The position numbers and the translations under genes are program-made. This document shows, piece by piece, positions 26,905 to 39,329 of a stretch of 64,000 nt of DNA; positions within the stretch are counted from its first letter, which is position 1; each line of letters starts with the position of its first letter. The stretch comes from Octopus sinensis. Lineage: Eukaryota. The notes under the pieces are model-generated. The model saw only the letters and a list, made by a program, of their open reading frames with translations, did no database searches and was not told where the DNA came from. The stretch lies in contig NC_043012.1 in assembly GCF_006345805.1 (NCBI RefSeq), forward strand, positions 28,768,001 through 28,832,000, read 5' to 3'.

Positions 26905-27700
26905 TATAAGGGGAAGCTTTATGAAAATAGACAAAAGACGAAGGCAGGTTACGGAAAATAAACAAAAGACGAAGGCAGGTGGAATACAAACAAACAATTG
27001 TATTAGTATGGCGCTCAGGAAATATAAATAAAACAAGTCTTTAACGTTTCGAGCCTACGTTCTTCAACAGAAAGATACACAGAGGAAAAAAACACAGAAA
27101 GAAAGAGAGAAAAAAAAAATATGCGTGCAGAGGCTAGCGAATCAACATGGCGATCTGATTTCGGCCAGAAGTCAAAGATCAAACATGAGAAGCAAGAAGC
27201 GAAATTAGGGGAGATAATAGGGTGAATGACCTCGCTCCAACATAAGAGTGTGTGTGTGTGTATGAGAAGAGTGGTGTGTGTGTATGGGAGAGTATTAGTG
27301 CGTATGAGAGGTCTGGACGGGTGTATGTATATATGATGTGATGTGTAAAAGTCGTATGGTGTAGTGTAGAGAGAGGAGATGAGGGAAGAGGGGGGAGGGG
27401 GAGGGGGAGAAAGAAAAAGAAAGGGGAGAAGAGAGAGGGAGAAGAGGAAGGGGAAGGGGAAGGGGAGAAGGAAGGAGAGGAGAAGAGGAGGGGAGAGGAG
27501 GAGGGAGGATAGAGGGAGAGGGGGAGAGAGAGAAGAGAGTGAGGGAGCAAGAGAGAGGCGGAAGAGAGAAAGAGGGAAGGGGAAGGAGGGAAGAAGGAGG
27601 GAGGGGAAAAGAGGAAGAGGGAGAGGAGTAGGGGTGAAAGGATGAAGGACTGAAGAGAAGTAGGGGTCGGGGGGAGGTTAGATGAGGAAGGGGAGAGGGG
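26905..27700 (-). mobile_element. Penelope-like 3' tail only (second copy ~28170..28945)
   Basis: Same architecture as 35750..36790; begins at ccc ttc ctc atc taa, equivalent to the PLFI* ORF end at 36791; pyrimidine-rich tract then hammerhead. Confidence 0.8.
27038..27075 (-). ncRNA. Minimal variant hammerhead motif (second copy 28300..28337)
   Basis: tcttt-CTGTTGA-A-gaac gtag gctc-GAAAC-GTT-aaaga; 5-bp stem I, zero-loop palindromic stem III (AACGTT). Confidence 0.6.
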
Positions 27701-27735
27701 GGTTAGATGTATATATATATGTATGTATGTATATG

Positions 27736-27828
<93 letters not shown>

Positions 27829-29011
27829 AAGACTCCGCCGGTTACGACGACGAGGGTCCCAGCTGATACGATCAACGGAACAGCTTGCTCGTGAAATTAA
27901 CGTGAAAATGGCTGAGCATTCCACAGACACGTGTACCCTTAACGTAGTTCTCGGGGAAAATCAGCGTGACACAGAGAGTGACAAGGCTGACCCTTTGAAA
28001 TACAAGTACAACTCATTTTTGCCAGCTGAGTGGACTGGAGCAACGTGAAATAAAGTGTCTTGCTCAGGGACACAACGCGTCGCTGGGAATCGAACTCACA
28101 ACCTTACGATCATGAGCCGAATGCCCTAACCACTAAGCCACGCGCCCTCCCATATATATATATATATATAACGGGAAGCTTTATGAAAATAGACAAAAGA
28201 CGAAGGCAGGTTTACGGAAATAAACAAAAGACGAAGGCAGGTGGAATACAAACAAACAATTGTATTAGTATGGCGCTCAGGAAATATAAATAAAACAAGT
28301 CTTTAACGTTTCGAGCCTACGTTCTTCAACAGAAAGATACACAGAGAAAAAACACAGAAAGAAAGAGAGAAAAAAAATATGCGTGCAGAGGCTAGCGAAT
28401 CAACATGGCGATCTGATTTCGGCCAGAAGTCAAAGATCAAACATGAGACGCAAGAGCGAAATTAGGGGAGATAATAGGGTTGAATGACCTCGCTCCAACA
28501 TAAGAGTGTGTGTGTGTGTATGAGAAGAGTGTGTGTGTGTGTATGGGAGAGTATTAGTGCGTATGAGAGGTCTGGACGTGTGTATGTATATATGATGTGA
28601 TGTGTAAAGTCGTATGGTGTAGTGTAGAGAGAGGAGATGAGGGAAGGGGGGGGGGGGGGGAGGGGGAGAAAGAAAGGGGAGAAGAGGGGAGAAGAGGAAG
28701 GGGAAGGGGAAGGGGAGAAGGAAGGAGAGGAGAAGAGGAGGGGAGAGGAGGAGGGAGGATAGAGGGAGAGGGGGAGAGAGAGAAGGAGAGTGAGGGAGCA
28801 GAGAGAAAGAGGGAAGGGGAAGAGGGAAGAAGGAGGGAGGGAGAAAGAGGGAAGAAGGGAAGAGGAGTAGGGGTGAAAGGATGAAGGACTGAAGAGAAGT
28901 AGGGGTCGGGGGGAGGTTAGATGAGGAAGGGGAGAGGGGGGTTAGATGTATATATATATGTATGTATGTATATGTATATTATCTTATATTATATATATAT
29001 ATATATATATA

Positions 29012-29058
<47 letters not shown>

Positions 29059-29099
29059 ATACAGTTGTGTATATGTATATATATTGTAATCTTCCAATA

Positions 29100-29480
29100 C
29101 TGAAACACACAGTTCCTTCATATTTAATAAATTAAAGTATAACTAAAGTAGGAGATAATTAATGAAGTATAATATATACCCTGCTGGTAATTTTGGTTAT
29201 ATCCTTTATGTATTATTTCGTGATGTGCAAACTGATAACGTAAGTTTACTTTCAGATATAATCATTAGGTTATGTTTTGTATTATCTGAAATACAATACC
29301 CGCTTGTCGATTAATCCCCCAAAATTGAATTAATACTGACTTTTATCAGATACTTTGTATATTTATAGATAAATATATGATAAATAAGACCTCAAAGTAC
29401 GATATGTAGATGCATATAATGCTGAAGGATTGTAGCTGATTGATTTGGAAATTTATTTTCCCAAATTACTGAAATTATAT
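29100..29480. repeat. Rearranged copy of sequence found at the 5' side of the 23.1-kb Penelope-like element
   Basis: caaagtacgatatgtag.tgcatataatgctgaagg..ctgattgatttggaaattt..tttcccaaattact shared with 23145..23225. Confidence 0.75.
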
Positions 29481-29495
29481 ATATATATATATATA

Positions 29496-29715
29496 TATCC
29501 GTAAATATTAGAGAGCCAACTTTGAATATGTTAACTCTAAGTGCTAGAAATAGCTCCAACCGGTAAAGTCGCCAACGATAATTCCACATAGAAATAGCAC
29601 TACTATCAACGCTATGAAATTGAATTACAACTAAATAATGGACTTTACCGGTTGGAGCTATTTCTAGCACTTAGAGTCAACATATTCAAAGTTAGCTCTC
29701 TAATATTTACGGATA
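29496..29715. repeat. Fold-back element: 75-bp arms, 70-nt spacer
   Basis: Arms 29496..29570 and 29641..29715 differ at two positions. Confidence 0.95.
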
Positions 29716-29818
29716 AATATGAATTTGTATCCCCGGTTTTTTTGTGCTAGTTCGCTTGGTATTAAAATAAGGGTATTATTGAATTAATATCTATAATTTT
29801 ATTCACCCTCATTATTGA

Positions 29819-29850
<32 letters not shown>

Positions 29851-29932
29851 TTATATATATATATATATCTTCCAAATATATAGTGCGTGTGTTTTTATTG
29901 GCTAAACTGGCAATATGACCATTCCGAAATAT

Positions 29933-29975
<43 letters not shown>

Positions 29976-29990
29976 TAAAAAGTTAACGCA

Positions 29991-30050
29991 GATATAAAGA
30001 TTTTCTAATTGTAGAAATGGAGTAGTAAGTAATTAGAAAATCTTTATATC
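29991..30050. repeat. Perfect 20-bp inverted repeat, 20-nt spacer
   Basis: gatataaagattttctaatt / aattagaaaatctttatatc. Confidence 0.9.
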
Positions 30051-30374
30051 TTCCTTCAACTTACTTCTCACTCTCACAACCTTACAGCAGTCTGGAACAA
30101 CCAAATCTTAGTCAGTCAGTTGATGGGCTCCACTACCTCAAATGTTCTTAAAAATTAAATCCACATCTTTGTCTATATATCTACCTTCTCTATAATGTTG
30201 CCATTTGATTTGAAAATGTTTGTATTAATGGAAAACCTCTATAATTGGCTGATGAATACTCAGCATCTTAAATCTGTTGTAATACTTACAACATTTAATA
30301 AAATGATGTAGTACGAAACGATCGTACCAAATTACCGGAGTCATTCTTGTTGCTTATTTTGATCATATATATAT

Positions 30375-30420
<46 letters not shown>

Positions 30421-30665
30421 GAGATATAAGCATGCGCAAATGAAGACATACAATAGAAATACAAAATGGCTGACGGTTAGTAAGGAGAGACCACAAACAA
30501 ATAAGAAATAAGAAAACAAAGGACCACTGATGCGGTCACAGGAGTGTGACGAAAGAACTGGCCGAAATAAGATTAAGATTAATAAAAAATAAATATCACT
30601 GAAGCAAAATAACACCATGTGTTGTTTTTATTGGCTAAACTGGCAATATGACTATTCCGAAATAT

Positions 30666-30699
<34 letters not shown>

Positions 30700-30703
<4 letters not shown>

Positions 30704-30940
30704 CAGGAACTTGACTGACGAAATAAAACTCCGAATGATCGTTCTTGTTTTTTCATGTCCCTTTCTGTAACATCGAACTGTCTGGATGTTTTGTTGTCGC
30801 CTGTCGCGTTCTTGTCCCATTTTTGTATTCTTTTATAGGCGACAACAAAACATCCAGACAGTTCGATGTTACAGAAAGGGACATGAAAAAACAAGAACAG
30901 ATCATTCGGAGTTTTCTTTTGTCAGTCAAGTTCCTGATTA
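30700..30940. repeat. Fold-back element: ~103-bp arms, 34-nt spacer
   Basis: Arms 30700..30802 and 30837..30940; a monomer of the same family lies at 42150..42295. Confidence 0.95.
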
Positions 30941-31062
30941 TTCTTGCAGTTTTGCAATTAGTTTTATACTATGTGAGGACCAGATTTGGAAGCAGTAGTC
31001 CAGGCGACTGAGGACAAAGGTTCAACCTACCTACCTACCTATATATATGTGTGTGTGTGTAG

Positions 31063-31121
<59 letters not shown>

Positions 31122-31561
31122 TAGAGTGAGAGATTACTATTTTAGTATTTCACTTGTTTAAATCACTGGATTCCAATCATGCTCCGGTCAGGAGGACGTT
31201 GATCGAGCAAATTGCTCTTGTTCTTCTTTTAAGGTTAGTACTTAGTTTATTGGTTTCTTTTTGCTGAACCGAAAATGAAGAGAGGTATACATAAACCAAA
31301 CCCGGAGGGAGAAGACAAACTAAACACCAGACAGACAAAGACGCGCACACCACATACACTTATACATATTTGACGAGATTCTACACCAAATTCACACGAA
31401 AAGCACTGACTATTCTGAGTTTATGATAGAAGATATTTGTTCAACATGCTGCAAAGAAAAATTGACCTGAAAACCACATGGTTGCCAAGTGAACTTCATT
31501 ACGACATAGCCATACTTGCTCCTGAGATTGCTTTTGCGCTTGTGTATGTGAGTGTGCGTGT

Positions 31562-31623
<62 letters not shown>

Positions 31624-32091
31624 TGAAGGACACAAAATAATGTAGCTGGATATCAATATGTCTTGGAAAATGGTTCTGACAGGATCAAGTTAGCTCGATT
31701 CTTTGATAAAGAACAAAATCCTTCTCACTATAGTAATGTTGAAACAACGAGAGAGCCCCTGCATGATCAACCTTTTAGAAATAGTAGCTCATTTCCTAAA
31801 AATTTGCTAGAACACCTTTGACCAATAGATCTGCTGGATGAGCAATGATAAGCCACAGAAACAACACTATAGTGCCATTGGTCCAATGGTCTTTTACATA
31901 TTTCGGCTGGAGATTATTTCCGAGAAATCTTTCTATACACCAATAGTTTCTCAAAAGAAATCATTATATACCATTACTGGTTGCCATTATTTTTACCCTA
32001 CATCCAATTCACAGCGAGGTTTTCAACGGTAATTTTCCACTAACCACTCGTATTTATATATCTAGTCCCCCTTTGTACATAATGTGTCATT

Positions 32092-32128
<37 letters not shown>

Positions 32129-33332
32129 ATGGATTGATGGATGGATCTGCGTGTATGTGTGTGTGTGTGTTGTGTGTGTGTGTTTGTGTGCGAATGTGTT
32201 TTTGTACATCTACGTATGTATATAAATGTATCTCTGTAACGGTGTACATGCCAAGTAGTTTTTGTTTTCACTTCTCCGATTTAATCCTGCAAGTAGGGTC
32301 TCCAGATTAAATTTTGCCGTGATATATGGCCAAGATGTCAGTGAGAAATCTAACATTTTGACCTCCAACGAAATAACATTTTTCAAAGCCGAGTGATTCA
32401 AACCATGTGTGTATGAGCGTGTATGTTTTAGTGAGTCCGTATATTTGTGTCTGCTGGTGTGTGTGTGAGTGAGTGAGAATGTATGTGTGCGTGTGTGTGC
32501 ACGCACGTTCATGTGCTTCCCCGCGTGCGCACGCGCGTGTGACCGTATGTGTGTGTGTATTTGTGCGTGCGAGCGCGCTATCATATGGTAGGGAGGCGCG
32601 AGTTGGTGATGATACATGATAGAATCGTAACGTACATCTATGACTCAAGCTGGTCGCACGTGGAGGGCAACAACAACAAAAACAATGATAACAGTAGCCA
32701 CAACAACAACAACGACAATTTGATAACAACAACAAAGCAATAAAAGCAACACGAGACAGCAGCAGCAGCAGCAGCAACAGAATTATCAGCGACAGCAGCA
32801 ACTGCAGCACATCGAGAGAAGCTCTATATGATTGTTGGACATGCTAAAAACAGCAGCCAAATATCTATATATGATTTAAGAGATGTCCGAGTAAACCAAT
32901 ATGTTCTCTCGATACACTAAGCAACAAAAAGAATGTTCAACTCTAAATGTCTTTGAATATAAGTCTGCACCATCAAAGCTGAACAACAATAACAGCAATG
33001 GTGACAGTGGCGATGGCGGGGAAAAGGGACAAGAACGGTTTGAAGGCTTCTGCTATAAGGACCATGTAGGCAGCTAACATATTTCAAGTATCAAGAATAT
33101 GTATGGAATTATTTTTACATAGTTTCATAAGCTGTGTGTGTGTATGTGTGTGTGTGTGTGTATTTGCGTAAATACATATATATGGATATATAAATATATA
33201 TATAGGGTGTCCCAAAAGTCACTGGTGGGTTTCAATTTCTAATAACTAATATATATATATATATAATATATATTATATGTATATATATATGTATATGTAT
33301 TATATATGTATATATATATCTATATATATATA

Positions 33333-33363
<31 letters not shown>

Positions 33364-33499
33364 ATAATATATAACTAGGAGGAGGAGTAAGAGAGAAGGA
33401 ACGGTGAAGGGGAGAGGAGAAGAATAGGAAGGGAAGGGTAGGAGAGAAAACCAATATATATATATGGCAAATGAATGACGGAAGATGGAATATACGAGA

Positions 33500-34955
33500 A
33501 TTTATTATTAATCACGACAATTGTTTCGATATATCTAGCATCGATCCCTCATGGGTGGGACATTCGACAACTGGTTCAGGAGCATCCGGCGGTACAGATG
33601 TATCTTGTCGAGTGATAAATAGATACAATCCGATAAAATAATAGTTCCGCAATGTAACTCCTCGTTTTGTAGAAAGAAAAGCAGCCAGACGGAGGAAATA
33701 TCTTCATTGAATATACAAGATCAAAAATAAAATCACAGATGGAAAAAAGAATCACGGATGGAAAAAAGAGAAACGAACATGCAATCCAGCGAAAAAAGTG
33801 TTAAAAGTAACCGTTATCAAATATGGATGTATAAACGCCCTAGGCCCAGCTGCATGGCGCGAGTGCACTCGCTCATACAAGCATCCGCAAAAATGTGAGC
33901 ATACATAGACGTGTGGTTTGGTGCCATCATGATCACAAAGCGAGTTAAATATCTACTTGGTGTCTGTAAGAATTGGGAGGTTAAAAGAAAATTTAAGTCA
34001 TCCATACCTTAACGTAAATTCAATTATGTTAACGGCTAATCAAAATTCATTCCACTGCATTGCGCGAAAGTACATTTATATTCATGTAGGCATCTCGAGA
34101 GTCTCAGAAATTCTATTAATGATCTCGTTAGTCCACAGACTAGACAGAGATTCTTCAGAGCAGAAACGGCATCTCCTGGAAATTATATTGTATGGTTTCG
34201 CGTGCTTTACTATGAACCAACTTATGTTGTATTTCATTTTATGCCCTTTCAGTCACCATACAAAATCTGCCGAAGATGTTGAATATCTCTTATTGATTGT
34301 CTTAAAGCTGGCGACATGGTTACAATAAGGATTCTTAAATGAATCAGCTGTCTGACCAATGTAAATATACAGCTCTCCCTTTGTGTGCACGGTACATTTA
34401 TATACAAGATTTATACTCAAACAGAGATTCATCAAAGGATATTTTGATTTTTCTCTGTAACAGTATTCATCGTATTTACCGACGTTGTTACTGAGTTTTG
34501 CAGTATCAAAAGTATCTCTACTACTACAATTTGGTCGTAATTAGTGTTTATCATTGTGATTTACACCTCCTTGTTTGGTATTTAGATGCATGTGTTCGCT
34601 AGATCCAGTTGGTGGGTTACTGAGCCTTTGCCGCATTTTGCTATTGTTTATGCGATGAATAAGCTGCTCTAAATTAGCAGAGCTGGCGTATGATGCCTTT
34701 ACGGCATGCCGATTAAAAGTAACATGATAAAATAACATGATACCGATTAGATTTAGGAAAACATTTGTCCAAAGCGGCAAAAAGTTTTCCAGCGATCTTG
34801 GTTAAAACATGGGAACCGAAAATCGTGTTGAACCAGAGGACATCCTGATTCCTATAACTGTTGTTTGGCTTATTTGATCGAGTGTGTTGTACAGGATTGG
34901 AACAAGCAGTTAGATTAATATGTCACATGTGTCTATGAGTTTTCGTTGGTAGTTC
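33500..34955 (-). mobile_element. Penelope-like element 3' part, same family as 6285..7920
   Basis: VYKCTVHTKGELYIYIGQTADSFKNPYCNHVASFKTINKRYSTSSADFVW; nucleotide similarity to 6285..7490. Confidence 0.92.
33511..33616 (-). ncRNA. Variant hammerhead motif (U3, C4, A8) with long stem II
   Basis: atcac-TCGACAA-gatacatct..agatatatc-GAAAC-AATT-GTC-gtgat; 5-bp stem I, 8 of 9 bp stem II, palindromic AATT loop, GUC triplet. Confidence 0.65.
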
Positions 34956-35469
34956 ATTGATATGACCAATTCTTCCTGGCCTGTATTCTTTATCTGAGTG
35001 AGTTCTCAAACCGTGATGTTGTGATAGTGTACAATGTCTAATTCAATTGGAGGAATTATCAGTGTTGTGTATGCCTGCTTCTTGTATATATTCAAATGTT
35101 TACGGTACCCAGTCCTAGCTCAAGCAGCCTTATAATAAGTTGCATGTGATTCGAAAAATTTATTAGTAGCGAATAATCTAGAAATTCTTGTAGAAATATT
35201 CTTAACTAATCCCCGAATGATCGAGGGTGGGTGACTGGATGCTACATTTATGTACTCAATATAATCTTTTAGCTTATGAAATGGTTCAAGTAATCCAGTA
35301 TCAAGACAGAAAGTAGCGCCAAGAAAAGTTTACGATAATCTTTACCCAGAGTCCTAAATTCTCAAAAAGTCTAAAGAAATTATTCCTATGCCTTTCTAAT
35401 TGTACTTTACTATTTCTGCCCAGAAAAAATAAAGGCGTCATCTTTATATAACCACCTGTTACTATATAA

Positions 35470-35650
35470 TGTATGTATGTATGTATGTATGTATGTATGT
35501 ATGTATGTATGTATATATGTATGTATGTATGTATGTATGATGTATGTATGTATGTATATGTATGTACGTACGTATGTATGTATGTATGTATGTATGTATG
35601 TATGTATGTATATGTATGTACGTATGTTGTATGTATGTATGTATGTTATC

Positions 35651-35706
<56 letters not shown>

Positions 35707-35717
35707 TTAATGTATAT

Positions 35718-35750
<33 letters not shown>
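35470..35750. repeat. (TATG)n(TATC)n(AT)n composite microsatellite
   Basis: Visible simple repeats. Confidence 0.95.
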
Positions 35751-37258
35751 GGGAGAGTTTACGAAAAAGACAAAAGACGAAAACAGGTGGTGTACAAAAC
35801 AAACATATGTATTAGTATAACGCTCAGGAATAGAAAAAGTATTTTACGTTTCGAGCCTACGCTCTTCTACAGAAAGGTACATAGAAAAAACAAGGAGAGA
35901 AACAAGGAGAGAAAAAGATGTGTGTAGTGGATAACGATCTATCATGGCGACTAGTGCCGGGCAGAAGGGTCAAACACGAGGAGAATAGTAGGGGAGATAA
36001 CAAGGTAAAGATGACCCCCAGCACAAAGGTGCCCCAACACAAAGGTGCGTGTGTGTATAAGAGAGTATGTATGTGCGTGTGAAAGAGGGCTGGTGGTCTG
36101 GACGTGTGTGTGTATGTATGTGTAGGTGTGAAGATGTGGGGATGGATGTGTGGGTAGTGTGTTGTGATGTGATGTGTAATGTCGTATGGTGGGGTGTGGT
36201 GTGGTGTGATGTTGTTGGGAGGTGGGGGAGGCGAGAGTGGGGAAAGCACGGGTGAGGTGTAGGTTCGGCTGTGGGTAGGGTAGAGTTGGAGTTTGTGGGT
36301 AGGCAGAGGGTGGGGGAAGAGGTGGTGTATGGAAGGGTGTGAGATAGGATGGGAGGATGGGAAGGATAGGGAAGGTGGAGTAGGGATGGGTGGTTTTTTG
36401 GGGTGAGGGGAAGGTGGGTAGGTGAGGAGAGAGAAGAGGAGAGAAGAGAGAAAAAGAGTAAGAGAGAAGAGAGAAGAGAGAAAGAGAGGAAGAGAGGAAG
36501 AAGGAAGATGGAAGGGGAGAGAAAGAGAGTTGGAGAGAAGAGAGAAAGAGAGTAAGAGAGAAGAGGGAAAGAGAGTAAGGGTGAAGAGAAGTAGGAGTTG
36601 GGACAAGAGAGGAGAGTTGGATGGGAAGAAGGAGGAGAGAGGGGAGAGAGAAGAGAGGGGAGAGAGGAGAGAAGGAGAGTGAGGAAGCAGAGAGAAAGAG
36701 AGAAGAGAGAAAGAGAGTAAGGGAGAAGAGGGAAAGAGAGTAGGGGTGAAGAGATGTAGGAGTGAAGAGAAGCAGGAGTCGGGGAGGAGGTTAGATGAAG
36801 AGGGGACGAGAGTTGAGCCCAAATGGCGTAAAAGAGCGAAGAGAGAAGATTAATCCCTGTTCACGGCGCAAACGGGAGTCCGGATGGCCTCTGTGCAAGG
36901 ACAATCCGAACACAGACAGGTGTTGCAAGGAGTGACCGGTGGAGCGGAAATGGCGTGAGACTGGGGAGTCATTGCCGAGGCGGATGTCTCGGAGGTGTTC
37001 CGCGAACCGGTCAGCCAAGCGGCGTCCCGTTTGTCCGATGTACAGGGAATGGCAGAGAGAGCAGGAGATGCAATAGATGATATTGCTGGAGGTGCAGGTG
37101 AAGGAGTCGATGATGCGATAGGGTCGATGATGGGTGCCGGTGAGGAGGGTGGTGTTGGAGAGGTAAGGGCAAGTGCGGCAGCGTGTGCGGGAGTAAGAGA
37201 ACGAGTCAGGTCGGGAGGTAGGGTTGGGGAAGAAGCTGTGGACCAAGAGGTCTCGTAG
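35750..37258 (-). mobile_element. 5'-truncated Penelope-like element: intact GIY-YIG domain plus ~1-kb 3' tail
   Basis: RCRTCPYL..FTCTSSNIIYCISCSLCHSLYIGQTGRRLADRFAEHLRDI..PVSRHF..REQGLIFSLRSFTPFGLN..PLFI* (36791..37258), no internal stops. Confidence 0.95.
35839..35880 (-). ncRNA. Minimal variant hammerhead motif
   Basis: ttt-CTGTAGA-A-gagc gtag gctc-GAAAC-GTA-aaa; perfect 4-bp stem II, weak stem I. Confidence 0.55.
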
Positions 37259-37509
37259 GTTATATATATATATATATAGCATTTGTAAGTGCAAAGTCAG
37301 AGATCCAGGATCTGGAATTATCCAGTAATCTTTTACTAGTTTTATTTTGTCTTTTTGTCTTTTCTCTTTGTGCTGTATGGGCATTTAATGTAGTTTTAGA
37401 GTCAGATCTTGGCTGCTATTTTCAGCATAGCACCAGCTCTTAGATACCCTAAATTATAATTTTAATAATAATTATTACCTTTGAAAATTTTTATTTCCAT
37501 GCTGGCCAC

Positions 37510-37600
37510 TTGATAAATTTCGGTATGTGGTGAAGCATTTTTTTTTTGCTGAAGCCTAATTATAATTATACTCATAATTATAAAAAATTATATATATATG
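37510..37600. repeat. ~85-bp repeat, three copies (also 52045..52130 and 52345..52430)
   Basis: ttcggtatgtggtgaagca..tttttgctgaa.cctaa...taatta.actcataattata. Confidence 0.85.
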
Positions 37601-37624
37601 TAGTATGTATATATATATATGTAT

Positions 37625-37720
<96 letters not shown>

Positions 37721-37849
37721 CATATATAGATATATAATATATATAAATATATGCATATATACATACATATATGTACATACCTACGTATAAATGTACATAT
37801 ACATGCATATATGGGTACAGGGCATCAAAAGAAAAACATCAACAAAATG

Positions 37850-38712
37850 AGACTGACCATCGTCTAGTGCGTGTGAAATTTTTTCGAGAATGCCTAAAAA
37901 TCGAGAGTCTGGTCTTAAGGTACCCAAAACTTTTAATTGTTGCAAATTTTAAATTATCAAGCAACTTGCAAATATTTCACGATGCTATAGAAAGTATCAA
38001 TCTTGACCTAAACAATCTATGGCAAGATTTCAAAACAAAAGTATTTCAGGCTGCAAGTTCGTCAGTGGGATTTACATCACTTAAGTCCTCAGTGACTGGT
38101 TCTCGGACAGATCATCAAAAATTCATGATCTACTTCTAGAAAAGCAAAACTTAGGTAATACACATCTTTCTCAGTCTTTTGATCCCCGACTCAAACGAAG
38201 CTTACAGAAAGCTGAAAACGAAAGTGCAGACTGCTCTAAGGGAAAACAAACAGGTATGGTGGAATGATAGAGCAAAAGGGGCATAAGAAGCAGCTAATAG
38301 AAATGATGCTAAGGGTTTGTACTTTTATGTTAAGGAGGTATATGGCCCAAAATATTCTTCAATAGCTCCCGTGAGAACAGCATATGGATGTTTGCTTCTG
38401 ACTGACACCGCTTTTATTCATAAGCGCTGAGTAGAACATTTTTCTGCACTTTTGAATAGACCATCATCCGCTGACATGAGGATGATAGAAAAAATTGAAC
38501 ACCGCCCAGTTATAGAAGAGATGGCATTTGAACCAACTCCAAGTGACGTTTATATAGCTGTGAATAAGCTGAATAACAATAAGTCTCCAGGGTCTGATGA
38601 AATCTGCGCAGAAGTCTTGAAATATGGAGGTGACAAAATGTTTGAACTCTTAAATATATTAATTTGTCACTGTTGGAGAACTGAGAAAGTGCCTCAAGCC
38701 TGGATTGAGGGC
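37850..38712 (+). mobile_element. RTE-clade LINE fragment (linker to early RT)
   Basis: LWQDFKTKVFQAA..; GLYFYVKEVYGP; HFSALLNRPSS..PTPSDVYIAVNKLNNNKSPGSDEICAEVLKYGG..CWRTEKVPQAW. Confidence 0.88.
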
Positions 38713-38779
38713 ATTTTTTCTTTTTTTCTTTTATTCTTATTTGTATATATATGTATATTTTTACTTTTATATATATATT

Positions 38780-39187
38780 TACTCTTTTACTCTTTTACTT
38801 GTTTCAGTCATTTAACTGCGGCCATGCTGGAGCAATGCCTTTAATCGAGCAACTCGACTCCGGGACTTATTCTTTTGTAAGCCCAGTACTTATTCTACCG
38901 GTCTCTTTTGCCGAACCGCTAAGTAACAGGGACATAAACACACCAGCATCGGTTGTCAAGTAATGCTAGGGAGACAAACACAGACACACAAACACACACA
39001 CGCATATATATATATACATATATACGACGGGCTTCTTTCAGTTTCCGTCTACCAAATCCACTCACAAGGCTTTGGTCGGCCCGAGGCTATAGTGGAAGAC
39101 ACTTGCCCAAGGTGCCACGCAGTGGGACTGAACCCGGAACCATGTGGTTGGTAAGCAAGCTACTTACCACACAGCCACTCCTGCGCC
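38780..39187 (-). mobile_element. SINE family B, full length
   Basis: Minus strand begins ggcgcaggagtggctgtgtggtaagtagc and ends with a (taaaagag)n tail. Confidence 0.93.
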
Positions 39188-39329
39188 TTATATTTAAATC
39201 TTACTTCATTATATTTTTAAATTGCATATATTTTATTTTTTATATTTACATATTATCTATATCTAATTTTTATTTATATTTGCAAAACCCCTCCTACTTT
39301 TCTCTTTTCTTTTATGTATGAATGAGCTA

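Noticed and set aside
33201-33250. Tc1/mariner-like end tatagggtgtcccaaaag
   Set aside because: No partner TIR or transposase sequence nearby
35857-36822. 321-aa minus ORF
   Set aside because: S/L/P/H low-complexity product of the pyrimidine-rich Penelope tail
37515-37560. gtggtgaagc..gctgaac as a hammerhead variant
   Set aside because: A hairpin is present, but the core would need G3-G8 and GAAC in all three copies
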